Positions 18,615-29,702 of a DNA stretch of 64,000 nucleotides are shown here, in pieces; position 1 is the stretch's first letter, and every line of letters starts with the position of its first letter. Under the pieces are notes generated by a model. That model saw only the letters and a program-made list of their open reading frames with translations, was not told the DNA's origin and did not search any database. The translations under genes and the position numbers were made by a program. Source of the stretch: Spirochaetia bacterium (GTDB taxonomy: Bacteria > Spirochaetota > Spirochaetia > SZUA-6 > Bin103); assembly GCA_965203055.1 (NCBI GenBank), contig OZ241863.1, positions 1,568,001-1,632,000 on the forward strand, written 5' to 3'.

Positions 18615-20318
18615 TCAACCGGACGATCGGTCCTTCAGAAACTCACCCAGGGACACGCGGTCCGGCTGCTCGTCGTCGTGGATGTACTTCACCAGCTCCT
18701 GGCGCTCCTCGCGCCGCTGAAGCTCACGCAGTGACAAGGACAGGCGTTGCTTTTCGGCGCTTATCTCGGTGACCACCGCCTTGAGCTGGACGCCCGGCTC
18801 CAGTTCCTCGCGCGCCTTATCGATACTGCCGCCGCCCGAATCGGCGAGCTGGTTGTTGGCGATCAGCCCTTCGATGCCGCCCTGCACCCGGACGAACACC
18901 CCGAAGTCGGTCTTGCTGGTTACCTGTCCCTCGATGACGCTGCCACGCCGGAAGGCACGGGTCAGCGCTACCCACGGGTCGTCGGAGAGCTGCTTCAGGC
19001 CGAGCCGAATGCGCCGCGCCTTCTTGTCCAGATCCACTACCGCGACCTCGAGCTCCTGCTCGGTCTGGACGACCGACGCCGGATTGCGGACCTTCTTGGT
19101 CCACGACATGTCATCGACGTGCAACAAGCCGTCGATCCCCTCCTCCAATTGGACGAAGGCGCCGTAGCTGGTGATGTTGCGCACGATGCCCTTCACCACC
19201 TTGCCCGGCGGATAGCGCTCCTCGGCGCTGTCCCACGGGTTGGGCAGCACGTGCTTGAGCCCCAACGACAGTTTGCCGCGCTCCAGGTCGTAGCCGAGGA
19301 TCTTCACCTGCACCTCGTCGCCGTTGCCGAGGATCTCGCGCGGATGGCCGATCTTCTTGACCCACGACATGTCGGAGATGTGCAACAACCCCTCGATGCC
19401 CGGTTCGATTTCGATGAAGGCCCCGAAGTCCGTGATCTTGGTGACCTTGCCGGTCACCAGATCGTCGAGACCGTACCGCTCCTCGAACGTCGTCCACGGG
19501 TCAGGCGTAAAGTGCTTGAGGCTGAGATTGACCTTCTGCGAGTCGCGGTCGATGCGAATGACCTTGACGTTGACCTCTTCGCCGATGATCACCGCGTCCT
19601 TGGGCGAGGCGACGTGACCCCAGCGCATGTCATTGACGTGCAGCAGGCCGTCGAAGCCACCGAGGTCGACGAACGCCCCGAAGGAAGTGAAGGTCTTGAC
19701 GGTGCCGCGGTACACGTCGCCGATGGCCGCAGTCTCGTAGAACTGGTCGCGCTTCTTCTTGGCCTCGCGCTCCAGCCACGCCTTGCGGTTCAGGACGATG
19801 TTCACCTTGCCGCGGTTGTAGAGCTGTTCGACGAAGAAACGGGTGTCCAGTCCGATGTAGGCGTCTTCGTCGCGGACCCGCATCACGTCTACCTTGGAAA
19901 AGGGCACGAAGGCCCGCAGCGCAGCGCCGAGGTCGACCTCGTAGCCGCCCTTGATCTTGCGCGTGATGCGGCCGGTCACCGGCTCACCGGTCTCTCCCGA
20001 CTCCTTGAGGGAGCGCCAGACCACCTGCTCGTCGGCCTTGCGCTTGGACACCACCACCTCGCCGTGGCGGCCTTCCTTGCGCAGCAGGACCACGTTCACC
20101 TCGTCGTCCACGTGCGGCGGTTCGACGAACTCGTCAATCGGAATACGGCCTTCGGACTTGAGACCTACGTCGACGAACACGGTTTCGGGGCCAACCTCTA
20201 TCACCCGGCCGGTGATCAGTTGACCCTCTTCCACCCGGTCGAGCCGGGTGATGTATTGCTCTTGAAGCTGAGATTCAAAGGACTGGGGCTGAGACACGCC
20301 CGTTTCCGAGTCGCTCAT
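18615..20318 (-). CDS. rpsA: 30S ribosomal protein S1
   Basis: Six S1 repeats (FGAFVDLGGFDGLLHV, EGLLHISDMSW); AGGA upstream of the ATG at 20318. Confidence 0.98.
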   Translation of the reverse strand: MSDSETGVSQPQSFESQLQEQYITRLDRVEEGQLITGRVIEVGPETVFVDVGLKSEGRIPIDEFVEPPHVDDEVNVVLLRKEGRHGEVVVSKRKADEQVVWRSLKESGETGEPVTGRITRKIKGGYEVDLGAALRAFVPFSKVDVMRVRDEDAYIGLDTRFFVEQLYNRGKVNIVLNRKAWLEREAKKKRDQFYETAAIGDVYRGTVKTFTSFGAFVDLGGFDGLLHVNDMRWGHVASPKDAVIIGEEVNVKVIRIDRDSQKVNLSLKHFTPDPWTTFEERYGLDDLVTGKVTKITDFGAFIEIEPGIEGLLHISDMSWVKKIGHPREILGNGDEVQVKILGYDLERGKLSLGLKHVLPNPWDSAEERYPPGKVVKGIVRNITSYGAFVQLEEGIDGLLHVDDMSWTKKVRNPASVVQTEQELEVAVVDLDKKARRIRLGLKQLSDDPWVALTRAFRRGSVIEGQVTSKTDFGVFVRVQGGIEGLIANNQLADSGGGSIDKAREELEPGVQLKAVVTEISAEKQRLSLSLRELQRREERQELVKYIHDDEQPDRVSLGEFLKDRSSG

Positions 20319-20331
20319 AGTGCGAACAGGA

Positions 20332-20982
20332 TTACTCCTGGAGGAAGTTGCTGGGGACAATGCGGCGCAGCTTGGCACAAACTTCAGCGACCGTCAAGCG
20401 CGAGGCGTCAATCCGTTGGGCGTCTCGCGCCGGGCGCAATGCCCCCACCGGTTTGCGCCGGTCGCGCCGGTCGCGTTCGGCCAGCGACGCGGCAACCTGC
20501 GCCACCGGCGGCACGCGGTCGGGGCGGCGCTGCCGGGCGCGCCGCGCCGCGCGAACCTCGGGCGCGGCATCGAGGAACACCTTCAACACGGCGTCGGGGA
20601 ACACCTCGGTGCCGATGTCGCGGCCTTCGACCACCCAGCGTTCGGTCCCTACCGTCGCCCGCAGGATCTGGTTGATCGCGTCACGCACGCCCGGAATGGC
20701 GGATACCTGCGCCACGCGGCGGTCGACCGCGGCGCTGTGCAGCGCCGCGGTGAGCTCGCGGCGGCCGGCGCGTACCGCGGCGCCGGACACCTCCCAGCGG
20801 ACCGACCGTACCATGGCGACCACCGACGCGACCGGGGCGCCCGCCCCCAGGCGGTCCAGCAGCAGGCGGGTCGCGGCGCGGTACAATGCGCCGGAACTGA
20901 GCCACCGCACGCCGAGCTGCCGCGCCAGGCAGGCCGCCACCGTGGTCTTGCCCGACCCTGACGGCCCGTCGATGGCGATCAC
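20332..20982 (-). CDS. cmk: Cytidylate kinase
   Basis: IAIDGPSGSGKTT, SGALYRA, VEGRDIGT.VFPDA, RDRRD; GTGA overlap with the upstream stop. Confidence 0.95.
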   Translation of the reverse strand: MIAIDGPSGSGKTTVAACLARQLGVRWLSSGALYRAATRLLLDRLGAGAPVASVVAMVRSVRWEVSGAAVRAGRRELTAALHSAAVDRRVAQVSAIPGVRDAINQILRATVGTERWVVEGRDIGTEVFPDAVLKVFLDAAPEVRAARRARQRRPDRVPPVAQVAASLAERDRRDRRKPVGALRPARDAQRIDASRLTVAEVCAKLRRIVPSNFLQE

Positions 20983-21788
20983 CGGCACCGGCCGGTTCCA
21001 CCCAAGTGAGCGCTCACCGGGACCGGCTGCCGGTCCAGGAACCATGCCACCTCGCGCCCCGTCAACGGCCGCCACGCGCCGGGCGCCAGCCCGCGCAAGG
21101 TCACCGGCCCTACCCGTACCCGGGTGAGGCGCCGCACCTCCAGGCCGGCGTTGCCCAGTACGCGGCGGATCTCGCGATTGCGGCCCTCGGCCAGGATCAG
21201 CGCCACCCGCGTAGCGGGACACCGCCGGTAGCCGGCCAGCCGATAGGTGACGCCGGCGATGCGGCACCCCGCGCGATACTCCTCCAGCACCGAGAGCGGC
21301 ACGCGGCGGTCGGTGACCACGTCGTACTCCTTTTCCACTCCGAAGCGCGGGTGAGCGGCGCGCACCGCGAGTTGGCCGTCGTTGGTAAACAGGATCAGTC
21401 CCGCGGACGCCAGATCCAGCCGGCCGACGTGGAACAGGCGCCCCGCGGCCGGCGGCAGCAGGGCGCGCGCCAGCGGCCGCCGGCCCGGATCGTGGTTGGA
21501 GCACAGGTAGCCTGACGGCTTGTGCAATGCGAGATAGCGCGGCGTAACGGCAGCGGCGACCTCCCGGCCATCGACCATGACCCGATCGGCAGGCCCCACC
21601 CTGCTTCCCGGCGCGACCACCGGCTTGCCGTTCACCGTCACGCGGCCGGCGCCGATCAGGCGCTCGCCGGCGCGCCGCGAGGCCACTCCGGCGCGCGCCA
21701 GGAACACCTGCAGGCGCTCGCGCCGGCGGCTGCCGGCTGCCGCTGCGTCAGGAGTCATCGGCGGCCCTGAACCTGGCCTGGTCGGCAT
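20979..21788 (-). CDS. rluB: rRNA pseudouridine synthase (RluB/RsuA family)
   Basis: S4 domain ERLQVFLARAGVASRR, HKP, VGRLD, EGRNREIRR; start may be the ATG at 21758. Confidence 0.9.
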   Translation of the reverse strand: MPTRPGSGPPMTPDAAAAGSRRRERLQVFLARAGVASRRAGERLIGAGRVTVNGKPVVAPGSRVGPADRVMVDGREVAAAVTPRYLALHKPSGYLCSNHDPGRRPLARALLPPAAGRLFHVGRLDLASAGLILFTNDGQLAVRAAHPRFGVEKEYDVVTDRRVPLSVLEEYRAGCRIAGVTYRLAGYRRCPATRVALILAEGRNREIRRVLGNAGLEVRRLTRVRVGPVTLRGLAPGAWRPLTGREVAWFLDRQPVPVSAHLGGTGRCR

Positions 21789-22341
21789 CGGTCAGCTTGG
21801 GCAGGTCGGCGATGGACGTCAGGCCGAAGACCCGCAGAAACTCCGCCGAGGTACCATATTGTATCGGCCGCCCCGGCACCGCCTTGCGCCCCACTTCACG
21901 TATCAGGTCCCGCTCGCCCAGGATGCGGATCATGGCATCCGGCGACACCCCGCGGATACTCTCGATTTCGCTGCGGGTCACCGGCTGCGAATAGGCGATG
22001 ATGGCCAGCGTCTCGAGCGCGGCGCGCGACATCCGGTCCTGTGACAGGCGCCCATAGTGAGGCTGCAGCGAGCGCCACAGATCAGGTTTCGGGACCAACG
22101 TATAGCCGCCGGCGACCTCCAGCACCTGTACGCCGTGATCGGCGCCGGCAAAGCGGCGCCGCACCTCGCCGACCGCGGCCCGCACCGCGGCCGCCGCCAG
22201 TCCCGTGAGCCGCGCCAACCGCGCTACGCTCTGCGGCTCCGGTTCCAGGAACAGAATCGCTTCCACGAGCCGGCTCTGCTGCGCTGCCGGGCCGGACGCG
22301 GCCCCTGCTCCGTCAGGGCCGGCGCTCCCCTCGTTGGTCAC
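21748..22341 (-). CDS. scpB: SMC-Scp complex subunit ScpB
   Basis: VEAILF, AALETLAIIAYSQPVTRSEIESIRGV, PGRP..YGT, LPKL. Confidence 0.96.
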   Translation of the reverse strand: MTNEGSAGPDGAGAASGPAAQQSRLVEAILFLEPEPQSVARLARLTGLAAAAVRAAVGEVRRRFAGADHGVQVLEVAGGYTLVPKPDLWRSLQPHYGRLSQDRMSRAALETLAIIAYSQPVTRSEIESIRGVSPDAMIRILGERDLIREVGRKAVPGRPIQYGTSAEFLRVFGLTSIADLPKLTDADQARFRAADDS

Positions 22342-23207
22342 CCGCCCCCGCCCGCAGCCCCCGGCGGGCCGGAGGCATGACGCCCGCGGCGTACGGTGAT
22401 GGCCGCGAACGGACGGCGCTGAATCACGGCGACAGCCTGGGTCTTGGCCAGTTCGAGGATTGCCCAGAATGCGCAGATGAGCTCGCCGGCGGTACCTCCG
22501 CGTACCAGGTCCAGGAAGGAAAACGCCGCGCTCAGAGCCAGCCGCTCGTGCACCAGGGCGATCTTTTCCTTGACGGTAAACTCCTCGTACAGGCTGGTGA
22601 GGCGCTCCCCGCCGAGCGCCGCCGCGATCTCCTTGAACGCCGCCAGCAAGTCGTCCGGCGAGAGCCGCGCCTCGTCAGGCTCCCGGTTCACCATCGAATC
22701 CGGCAGCAGCCGCGCCTCGGAGCGGGTGATGATCCAGTGCGCCTGCCGTTGCCGCTCGGCCAGCGCCTCGCTCAGGCGCTTGAAGCGCTGATACTCGAGC
22801 AGTCGCTCTACCAGCTCGCGGCGCGGGTCTTCATACGGTTCCTCGGAGGCGTACGGCAGCGGCAGCAGCATACGCGACTTGACGTGCAGCAGGGTGGCGG
22901 CCATCACCTGGAAGCGGGTCAGCTCTTCGAGCCGGCGCGGCGCCGATTCGCCGCCATCCGCCGCGGCGGCTGCCAGGTAGTGCAGGTACTGGTCGGTGAT
23001 GGCGGCAATAGGAATGTCGTAGATGTTGACTTCGGCGCGCTGGATCAGTTGCAGCAGCAGGTCGAGCGGGCCTTCGAAGTCGTCCAGCCGGAAGCTGACC
23101 CGCGCGCCGGGCGGCGCCGCCGGCGCCGCGCCGCCCGGCGCCGGCGGGGCGGCGCCGCCGTTGACCTCGGCAGGCGGAGCTGCCGGTTCGGCTCCCTGGT
23201 CGGTCAT
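22338..23207 (-). CDS. scpA: Segregation/condensation protein ScpA
   Basis: FEGPLDLLLQLI, MAATLL.VKSRMLLP, DPRRELVERLLEY, FWAILEL. Confidence 0.95.
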   Translation of the reverse strand: MTDQGAEPAAPPAEVNGGAAPPAPGGAAPAAPPGARVSFRLDDFEGPLDLLLQLIQRAEVNIYDIPIAAITDQYLHYLAAAAADGGESAPRRLEELTRFQVMAATLLHVKSRMLLPLPYASEEPYEDPRRELVERLLEYQRFKRLSEALAERQRQAHWIITRSEARLLPDSMVNREPDEARLSPDDLLAAFKEIAAALGGERLTSLYEEFTVKEKIALVHERLALSAAFSFLDLVRGGTAGELICAFWAILELAKTQAVAVIQRRPFAAITVRRGRHASGPPGAAGGGG

Positions 23208-23241
23208 CCGGGCGTCAACCACTGCACGGCCGCCCGGGTTC

Positions 23242-24327
<1,086 letters not shown>

Positions 24328-24505
24328 TCATTACTCCCCCTGGGCTGTCACCGAGCCACTCATGCTGGTTGCGCGCGGTGGCAGCCGGACTGTGATGGTA
24401 TTGATAACGGTGCGTGGTGGCTGGCGCTTCAAAGCAGTGTCGGCTGCGGCGGGCCGCGACCGTCGAACTGCATGGTAAGCCAGCCTCGCTCCCGCGGTCA
24501 ATTGC

Positions 24506-24958
24506 TTAGAACGTGCGCGCGGAGTCGAGCAGAATCGTAACCGGACCGTCGTTGACCGCCGCCACCAGCATGTGAGCCTGAAATCTGCCGCCGCTCACGC
24601 GCAGCCCGCACCCCCGCAAGCGCACGATGAACTCCTCATAGAGGGCCTTGGCCAGGTCCGGCGCGGCGGCGCGGCTGAACGACGGCCGCCGTCCGCGCCG
24701 CGCATCGCCGTAGAGCGTGAACTGCGGCACCACCAGCACCTCACCGCCACACTCCAGTACCGAGCGGTTCATCCGCCCGGCGCTGTCGGGGAAGAGCCGC
24801 AGGCCGCTTACCTTGTCCACCAAGTAGCCCAGGCCCCCCTCGTCATCGCCGGCAGCCACGCCCAGGTATACCAGCAGCCCCGCGCCAATGCTGCGGCGAA
24901 ACTCCGCGGCCGCGACGCTCACCTCAGCGCGGCTGACGCGCTGCACCACGGCGCGCAT
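24506..24958 (-). CDS. dtd: D-aminoacyl-tRNA deacylase
   Basis: [24 protein letters not shown]. Confidence 0.96.
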   Translation of the reverse strand: MRAVVQRVSRAEVSVAAAEFRRSIGAGLLVYLGVAAGDDEGGLGYLVDKVSGLRLFPDSAGRMNRSVLECGGEVLVVPQFTLYGDARRGRRPSFSRAAAPDLAKALYEEFIVRLRGCGLRVSGGRFQAHMLVAAVNDGPVTILLDSARTF

Positions 24959-25671
24959 CAGCCGCCCTCGGCGGCGGCGAGAGACCGCAGCGCGGCCGCC
25001 GGGTCCGCGGCTCCGTAGAAGGCCGTCCCGACCACCATCACGTCGGCGCCGGCGCGCCGCGCCCGCGCCGCGGTCGCAGCGTTGATGCCGCCATCCACCT
25101 GAATCAGGAACGAGGCCGCGGCCGCCTGCCGCAAGGCCGCCACCTCACCGGCCTTGTCCAGACAGCGGGGAATGAGACCCTGGCCGCCGTACCCGGGATT
25201 CACCGTCATGACGAGCACCAGATCCAGGAGCTCGAGCACCTCGCCGATCATCGCCGCCGGCGTCGAGGGTACCAGCGCCAACCCGGCGCCGACTCCCGCC
25301 GCGCGGATCGCCTGCAAGGCGCGGTGAACGTGGACGCCGGCCTCCAGGTGGAACGTGATGAGGTCGGCGCCGGCGTCCGCAAACGCCGCCACGTGGCGCT
25401 CCGGGTGGCTCGTCATCAGGTGGACGTCGAGCAGCAACTCGGTGCGCCGGCGGAGGGCCGCCACCGTCTGCGCGCCGAAGGTGATGGGCGGGACGAACAC
25501 ACCATCCATCACGTCGAGGTGCAGCCACCGGGCCCCGGCCCGCGCCGCCAGAGCGGCGGCTCCGGCCAGATCGGCGCTGTCCGCCGCCAGAATCGAGGGC
25601 GCCACGACCGGGCGGCGCGGCAGGCGGGCCGGCGGCAGGAAGGGGCGCAGGCGCTGGGCGCGGCTCATCAC
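24958..25671 (-). CDS. rpe: Ribulose-phosphate 3-epimerase
   Basis: [37 protein letters not shown]. Confidence 0.97.
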   Translation of the reverse strand: MMSRAQRLRPFLPPARLPRRPVVAPSILAADSADLAGAAALAARAGARWLHLDVMDGVFVPPITFGAQTVAALRRRTELLLDVHLMTSHPERHVAAFADAGADLITFHLEAGVHVHRALQAIRAAGVGAGLALVPSTPAAMIGEVLELLDLVLVMTVNPGYGGQGLIPRCLDKAGEVAALRQAAAASFLIQVDGGINAATAARARRAGADVMVVGTAFYGAADPAAALRSLAAAEGG

Positions 25672-25817
25672 TTGAGGCCATCGTAGGAGGTCGCCGCCGC
25701 ATTGGACAACCGGCCCGGACCGGACCCGCGCGGCCGCCGCCTCATTTGATTGACCAGGCTCATTTGACCATCGCCGCCGGCACGGTGTAGGCTGCGGTCA
25801 TAAGCATACAACCCCAC

Positions 25818-26840
25818 ATGACCGATCGGCAGCTCACGTTCGACGAGAATGACATTGCGCACATGGTCAATGGCGCGTACGACAAGTTGCGGTCCGGGGA
25901 ATTTGGGGACGCCGCCAAGCTGTTGGAGCGCACCCTCGAACTCGACGTAGAGTATGAGGGCGTGGGCGCGGCGCTCAAGTGCGTGCGCTTCTGGGATGAA
26001 CGCCAACAGCGGCTGGATGAGATCGAAACGAGCGCCGACCGAGCCGGTTTTCTGCTGGACCAGTGGACTTCGTTCCGCGGCTTTGCGGCGCGCATTGAGG
26101 AGCTGCCGGAGCGATGCTACCAGGACATCAAGTACCACGTGCACGCCACTGCCGTCGCCTGCCTGCTGCAAACCTCAGCCCCGGATATTGCGCCGTCAGC
26201 CGCTGCGCAATACCTGCGACCGAGCGCTCAGACGCGCCGGCTGTTGCTCATCGGCCATTCCTTCAAGGCAATGGGCGACTTCGCCAACGCCATCCGCTGC
26301 CTGGAGCGCGCGCGGCGCCTGGAACGCGATTGGGCGCCGCTGTTGGCGGAGCTCGCCGACTGCTACTCATTGATCGACGAGACCCGCGCCGCCAAGATAT
26401 TCTTTCGCGAAGCCTTCTTTCTCGGCGCCGCGGACATACCGGTCGAGGATCTCGAGTCGCCGCTGATTCAAGATCTCTTGAATGCCGTGGAACGCGCCGG
26501 ATTGACCCGCGACGTACGCGACTGGGTGCCGGTTTACGGCACCCTCTTGGGAGTGTTCGGGGTAACGCGCGAGCTGACTGCGCTGGAGTACGGGAAGTTG
26601 CGGCAGTCGATCTTCGAACTGGAGCAGAGACTCGGTGTGAAGACCACGCCGGACCGGCTCGCGGCGGTGGCCGCCGCCCGGGACGACGCCGGTACCGCGC
26701 TGGTACCGCGGCTGCTCAACCGCTACTTCTGGTTGATCCAACACTATCTGGCGAACGATGAGGACAACGCCAAGGTGGAAGATATATTACGCCGTATCAA
26801 GGCACTCGACATGGACGTGTATCAACGCTACACTGGATGA
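25818..26840 (+). CDS. TPR-containing protein upstream of greA
   Basis: Helical TPR-like segments (LAELADCYSL, FFREAFF); same strand and adjacent to greA. Confidence 0.75.
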   Translation: MTDRQLTFDENDIAHMVNGAYDKLRSGEFGDAAKLLERTLELDVEYEGVGAALKCVRFWDERQQRLDEIETSADRAGFLLDQWTSFRGFAARIEELPERCYQDIKYHVHATAVACLLQTSAPDIAPSAAAQYLRPSAQTRRLLLIGHSFKAMGDFANAIRCLERARRLERDWAPLLAELADCYSLIDETRAAKIFFREAFFLGAADIPVEDLESPLIQDLLNAVERAGLTRDVRDWVPVYGTLLGVFGVTRELTALEYGKLRQSIFELEQRLGVKTTPDRLAAVAAARDDAGTALVPRLLNRYFWLIQHYLANDEDNAKVEDILRRIKALDMDVYQRYTG

Positions 26841-26876
26841 CGAACGGGTTCCAATACTAGAGAATCGGAGCAACAG

Positions 26877-29702
26877 ATGACAGAGATACTTTCCGGTAGG
26901 ATCAGTGAGCTGATAAATGAAGAGAAATGGACCAGGGCGGATCTTTCCGGGTATTCGATCTCGAGTTTCCATACGTTCGACGAGCTGTTGAGAGAGACCC
27001 TCGCGGATGAAACTCAGGATGAGGTTCAGGAGCTCTGCGAGGAACACCTGCAGAGTTCCCGAGACAGTGTGATCGGTCTGTACCTGTCCGGTATCATTGC
27101 TCTCAAGAAGCGAATCGTTGACGACTCCAATCTGGTGGTACTGACCAACATGTTCGTCGACAGCGAAAAATGGAATATCGTAGAGTATCTTTGTGAACGG
27201 ATTCTGGAATATGGCGAGAACAAGTTTGCATTGCGCACGTTGGCCGATACGTACGCCAAGAAGAATGATAACGAGCGCCAATATGAAATCCTGGAACGGC
27301 TCATCAAAGTGGACTATGAGGAAGCTGATACGGTGCGCCATCTGGCCGACAAGAGGGAACAGGAAGGAGACCTCGATGGCGCCCTTACCTACTACAAGAA
27401 GGCGCTCCATCGTTACATCAACCGCCGGCAGTTCTCCCAGATCAAGCAAACGTGGGAGAAGATCATCGAATTCCAATCCGAAGACCTGGAAGGCTTATTG
27501 CAGATCGAGAGCAAGGTGGTGAGGAATCTGGGCGGTGACCGCGCCATCACCCTGCTGGAGATGCTCTATCCCTATTACCGGGAGAAGGAAGATTGGGATG
27601 CGTCAGTTGACATATTGAAGCGCATCCTCAATCACGATCCGAAGAAGAGCGGCACGCGCTCCGAACTGGTGTCGGTATATGCCAGTCGTTACGCCGGACA
27701 CAGTCATCTTCAGGAATATATCAAGGTTTCCAACCTGAACCAGGCGTGGCGCAACGTACATGAAGCAATCACCGATTTCGAAAAGCACATCAGCTTCGAT
27801 GAAGGCAACTACGTGTACCACAGAACGTGGGGATTGGGGCGTATCAAGGAAATCAGGGACGATCGCTTCACCATCGATTTTCTGAAGAAGCGCGGACACC
27901 GGATGTCGTTGAAGATGGCGGTAAGCGCGCTCAATATACTTTCCAGTGAACATATCTGGGTGCTGCGCGCGACGGTGCCGCGGGAGCGCCTCAAGGTGCG
28001 CGTCAAGGACGATCCGAGGTGGGCGCTGCGGGCCGTCATCAAGAGCTTTGGCAACGCCGCGGACATGAAGCGGGTCAAGACGGAGCTGGTGCCGCGGATC
28101 CTGAGTCCCGCCGAATGGACCAAATGGAGTACCGAGGCCCGCAACATACTGAAGACCGATTCCTCATTCGACGCGGTCGCCGGCAAGCTCAATCACTACT
28201 CGGTGCGGGAGCGGCCGCTGCCCTTCGACGAGAAGATCTACAATAAGTTCCGTACTGACAAGAACTTCTTCAGCCGGGTCAAGACCCTGCACGAGTTTCT
28301 CAACCACACCGAAGGCGAAGCGGCCAAAGCCAGGGCCAAGCTGCAGCAGGACGTGGAGCAAGGCAAGATCGATGATGAACGCGCCGCGGAAGAGCGCAAG
28401 ACCATCGACGAGGAACTGGAGCGGACTCTCAGGTCCGAGTACTTCGGCGAGATGTTCGAATACTTCGCCGGGTTCCTGAAGGCGCCCTCGGGGCAGCTCG
28501 ATAACAACATCGCCAGTTTCTTGATCGTCGACAAGCTGATCGCCGAGCACCCCCATCTCAATCCTGACATCCGCGTTCACTTTCGCGATTTGTTCATGGA
28601 GATCAATGATCTCGAAGAGGTGTTCAAGGCGCTCGACGACGGCGGTGTCGCCAAGGAGTTTCTCGCTCACGTCCGAAGTGACGTCGAGATCTGGCCGCAC
28701 GTCTATGCGAGCATCTTCCTGTTCTACCCCACCCGCCAGATCATCGACGATATCAAGAAAGCCGGCCACCTCGAAGTCGTAGCCGGCCTTGTCACCGACA
28801 TCGTCGACGACTATCGCGAACACCGTCTTCCGTTCGTCTGGCTGGTGCGCAACGAAGGCGATTCGGACTGGTTTCAGAAGCAGGGCATCAAGCGCGAGAA
28901 GGTAATGATCGGCATGATCCATCTCCTGGATCTGACCTATCGCGATATCGGCAATCGTCGGGAGGTTCCTGCGAACCGCAGGTTGAACCGCCAAATTTCC
29001 GATTACCTCTTCAAGGAAGGTAAGCTCAGCGACTACATTGGTTCGGCAGGTGAGGAATCGATCACCCGCATCTACACTCTGGTGGAGGACGTCAAGGAGC
29101 TCGATCCGTCAGTCAAGATACGGGTTCGCCAGCGTATCAAGGACACGGTCCCGGAATACAAGTTCGACGACGAAGCGGCAAAAGATACCGTGCGGATGGG
29201 TCTTCTGGTCACCCGCTTTGGTTACGAAGGCAGGCAGCGTGAGTTACGCCAGATTCTGGAGGTTGAAATACCGGAAAACTCGAAGGAGATAGGAGTTGCT
29301 CTGCAGAAGGGAGACCTGCGCGAGAATGCCGAATACAAGGCCGCACTGGAGAAGCAGGAACACCTCAAGAACGCCGTGTCCCGGCTGCAGGAGGATCTGC
29401 AGAACGCGCAAATCTTCGACCTCGCTGAAATTGACGATTCAGTGATCTCGTTCGGCACCGAGGTGCAGCTTACCAATCTCGACAGCCACGCTACCGAGCG
29501 TTACGTCATCCTCGGCCCGTGGGAGTCTGACCCGGACCACAACATAATCTCATATCTGTCTCCTCTCGGCGCCGCACTGTGGCAGCATCGCGCCGCCGAG
29601 GAGCTGCAGTTCACCATCAATGAGAAAGATTTTCATTATCGTATCGAGCGTATCGACCGGGTGAGCGGCAACAGCTTGCGGCGGCGCGGGGATAGCGGCT
29701 AG
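26877..29702 (+). CDS. greA: Transcription elongation factor GreA with a long N-terminal extension
   Basis: C-terminal GDLRENAEY, FGT, ILGPWESDP, ISYLSPLG; about 780 extra N-terminal residues. Confidence 0.95.
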   Translation: MTEILSGRISELINEEKWTRADLSGYSISSFHTFDELLRETLADETQDEVQELCEEHLQSSRDSVIGLYLSGIIALKKRIVDDSNLVVLTNMFVDSEKWNIVEYLCERILEYGENKFALRTLADTYAKKNDNERQYEILERLIKVDYEEADTVRHLADKREQEGDLDGALTYYKKALHRYINRRQFSQIKQTWEKIIEFQSEDLEGLLQIESKVVRNLGGDRAITLLEMLYPYYREKEDWDASVDILKRILNHDPKKSGTRSELVSVYASRYAGHSHLQEYIKVSNLNQAWRNVHEAITDFEKHISFDEGNYVYHRTWGLGRIKEIRDDRFTIDFLKKRGHRMSLKMAVSALNILSSEHIWVLRATVPRERLKVRVKDDPRWALRAVIKSFGNAADMKRVKTELVPRILSPAEWTKWSTEARNILKTDSSFDAVAGKLNHYSVRERPLPFDEKIYNKFRTDKNFFSRVKTLHEFLNHTEGEAAKARAKLQQDVEQGKIDDERAAEERKTIDEELERTLRSEYFGEMFEYFAGFLKAPSGQLDNNIASFLIVDKLIAEHPHLNPDIRVHFRDLFMEINDLEEVFKALDDGGVAKEFLAHVRSDVEIWPHVYASIFLFYPTRQIIDDIKKAGHLEVVAGLVTDIVDDYREHRLPFVWLVRNEGDSDWFQKQGIKREKVMIGMIHLLDLTYRDIGNRREVPANRRLNRQISDYLFKEGKLSDYIGSAGEESITRIYTLVEDVKELDPSVKIRVRQRIKDTVPEYKFDDEAAKDTVRMGLLVTRFGYEGRQRELRQILEVEIPENSKEIGVALQKGDLRENAEYKAALEKQEHLKNAVSRLQEDLQNAQIFDLAEIDDSVISFGTEVQLTNLDSHATERYVILGPWESDPDHNIISYLSPLGAALWQHRAAEELQFTINEKDFHYRIERIDRVSGNSLRRRGDSG

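Noticed and set aside
18747..20675. 642-aa + strand ORF
   Set aside because: Antisense shadow of rpsA caused by high-GC codon bias; no motifs.
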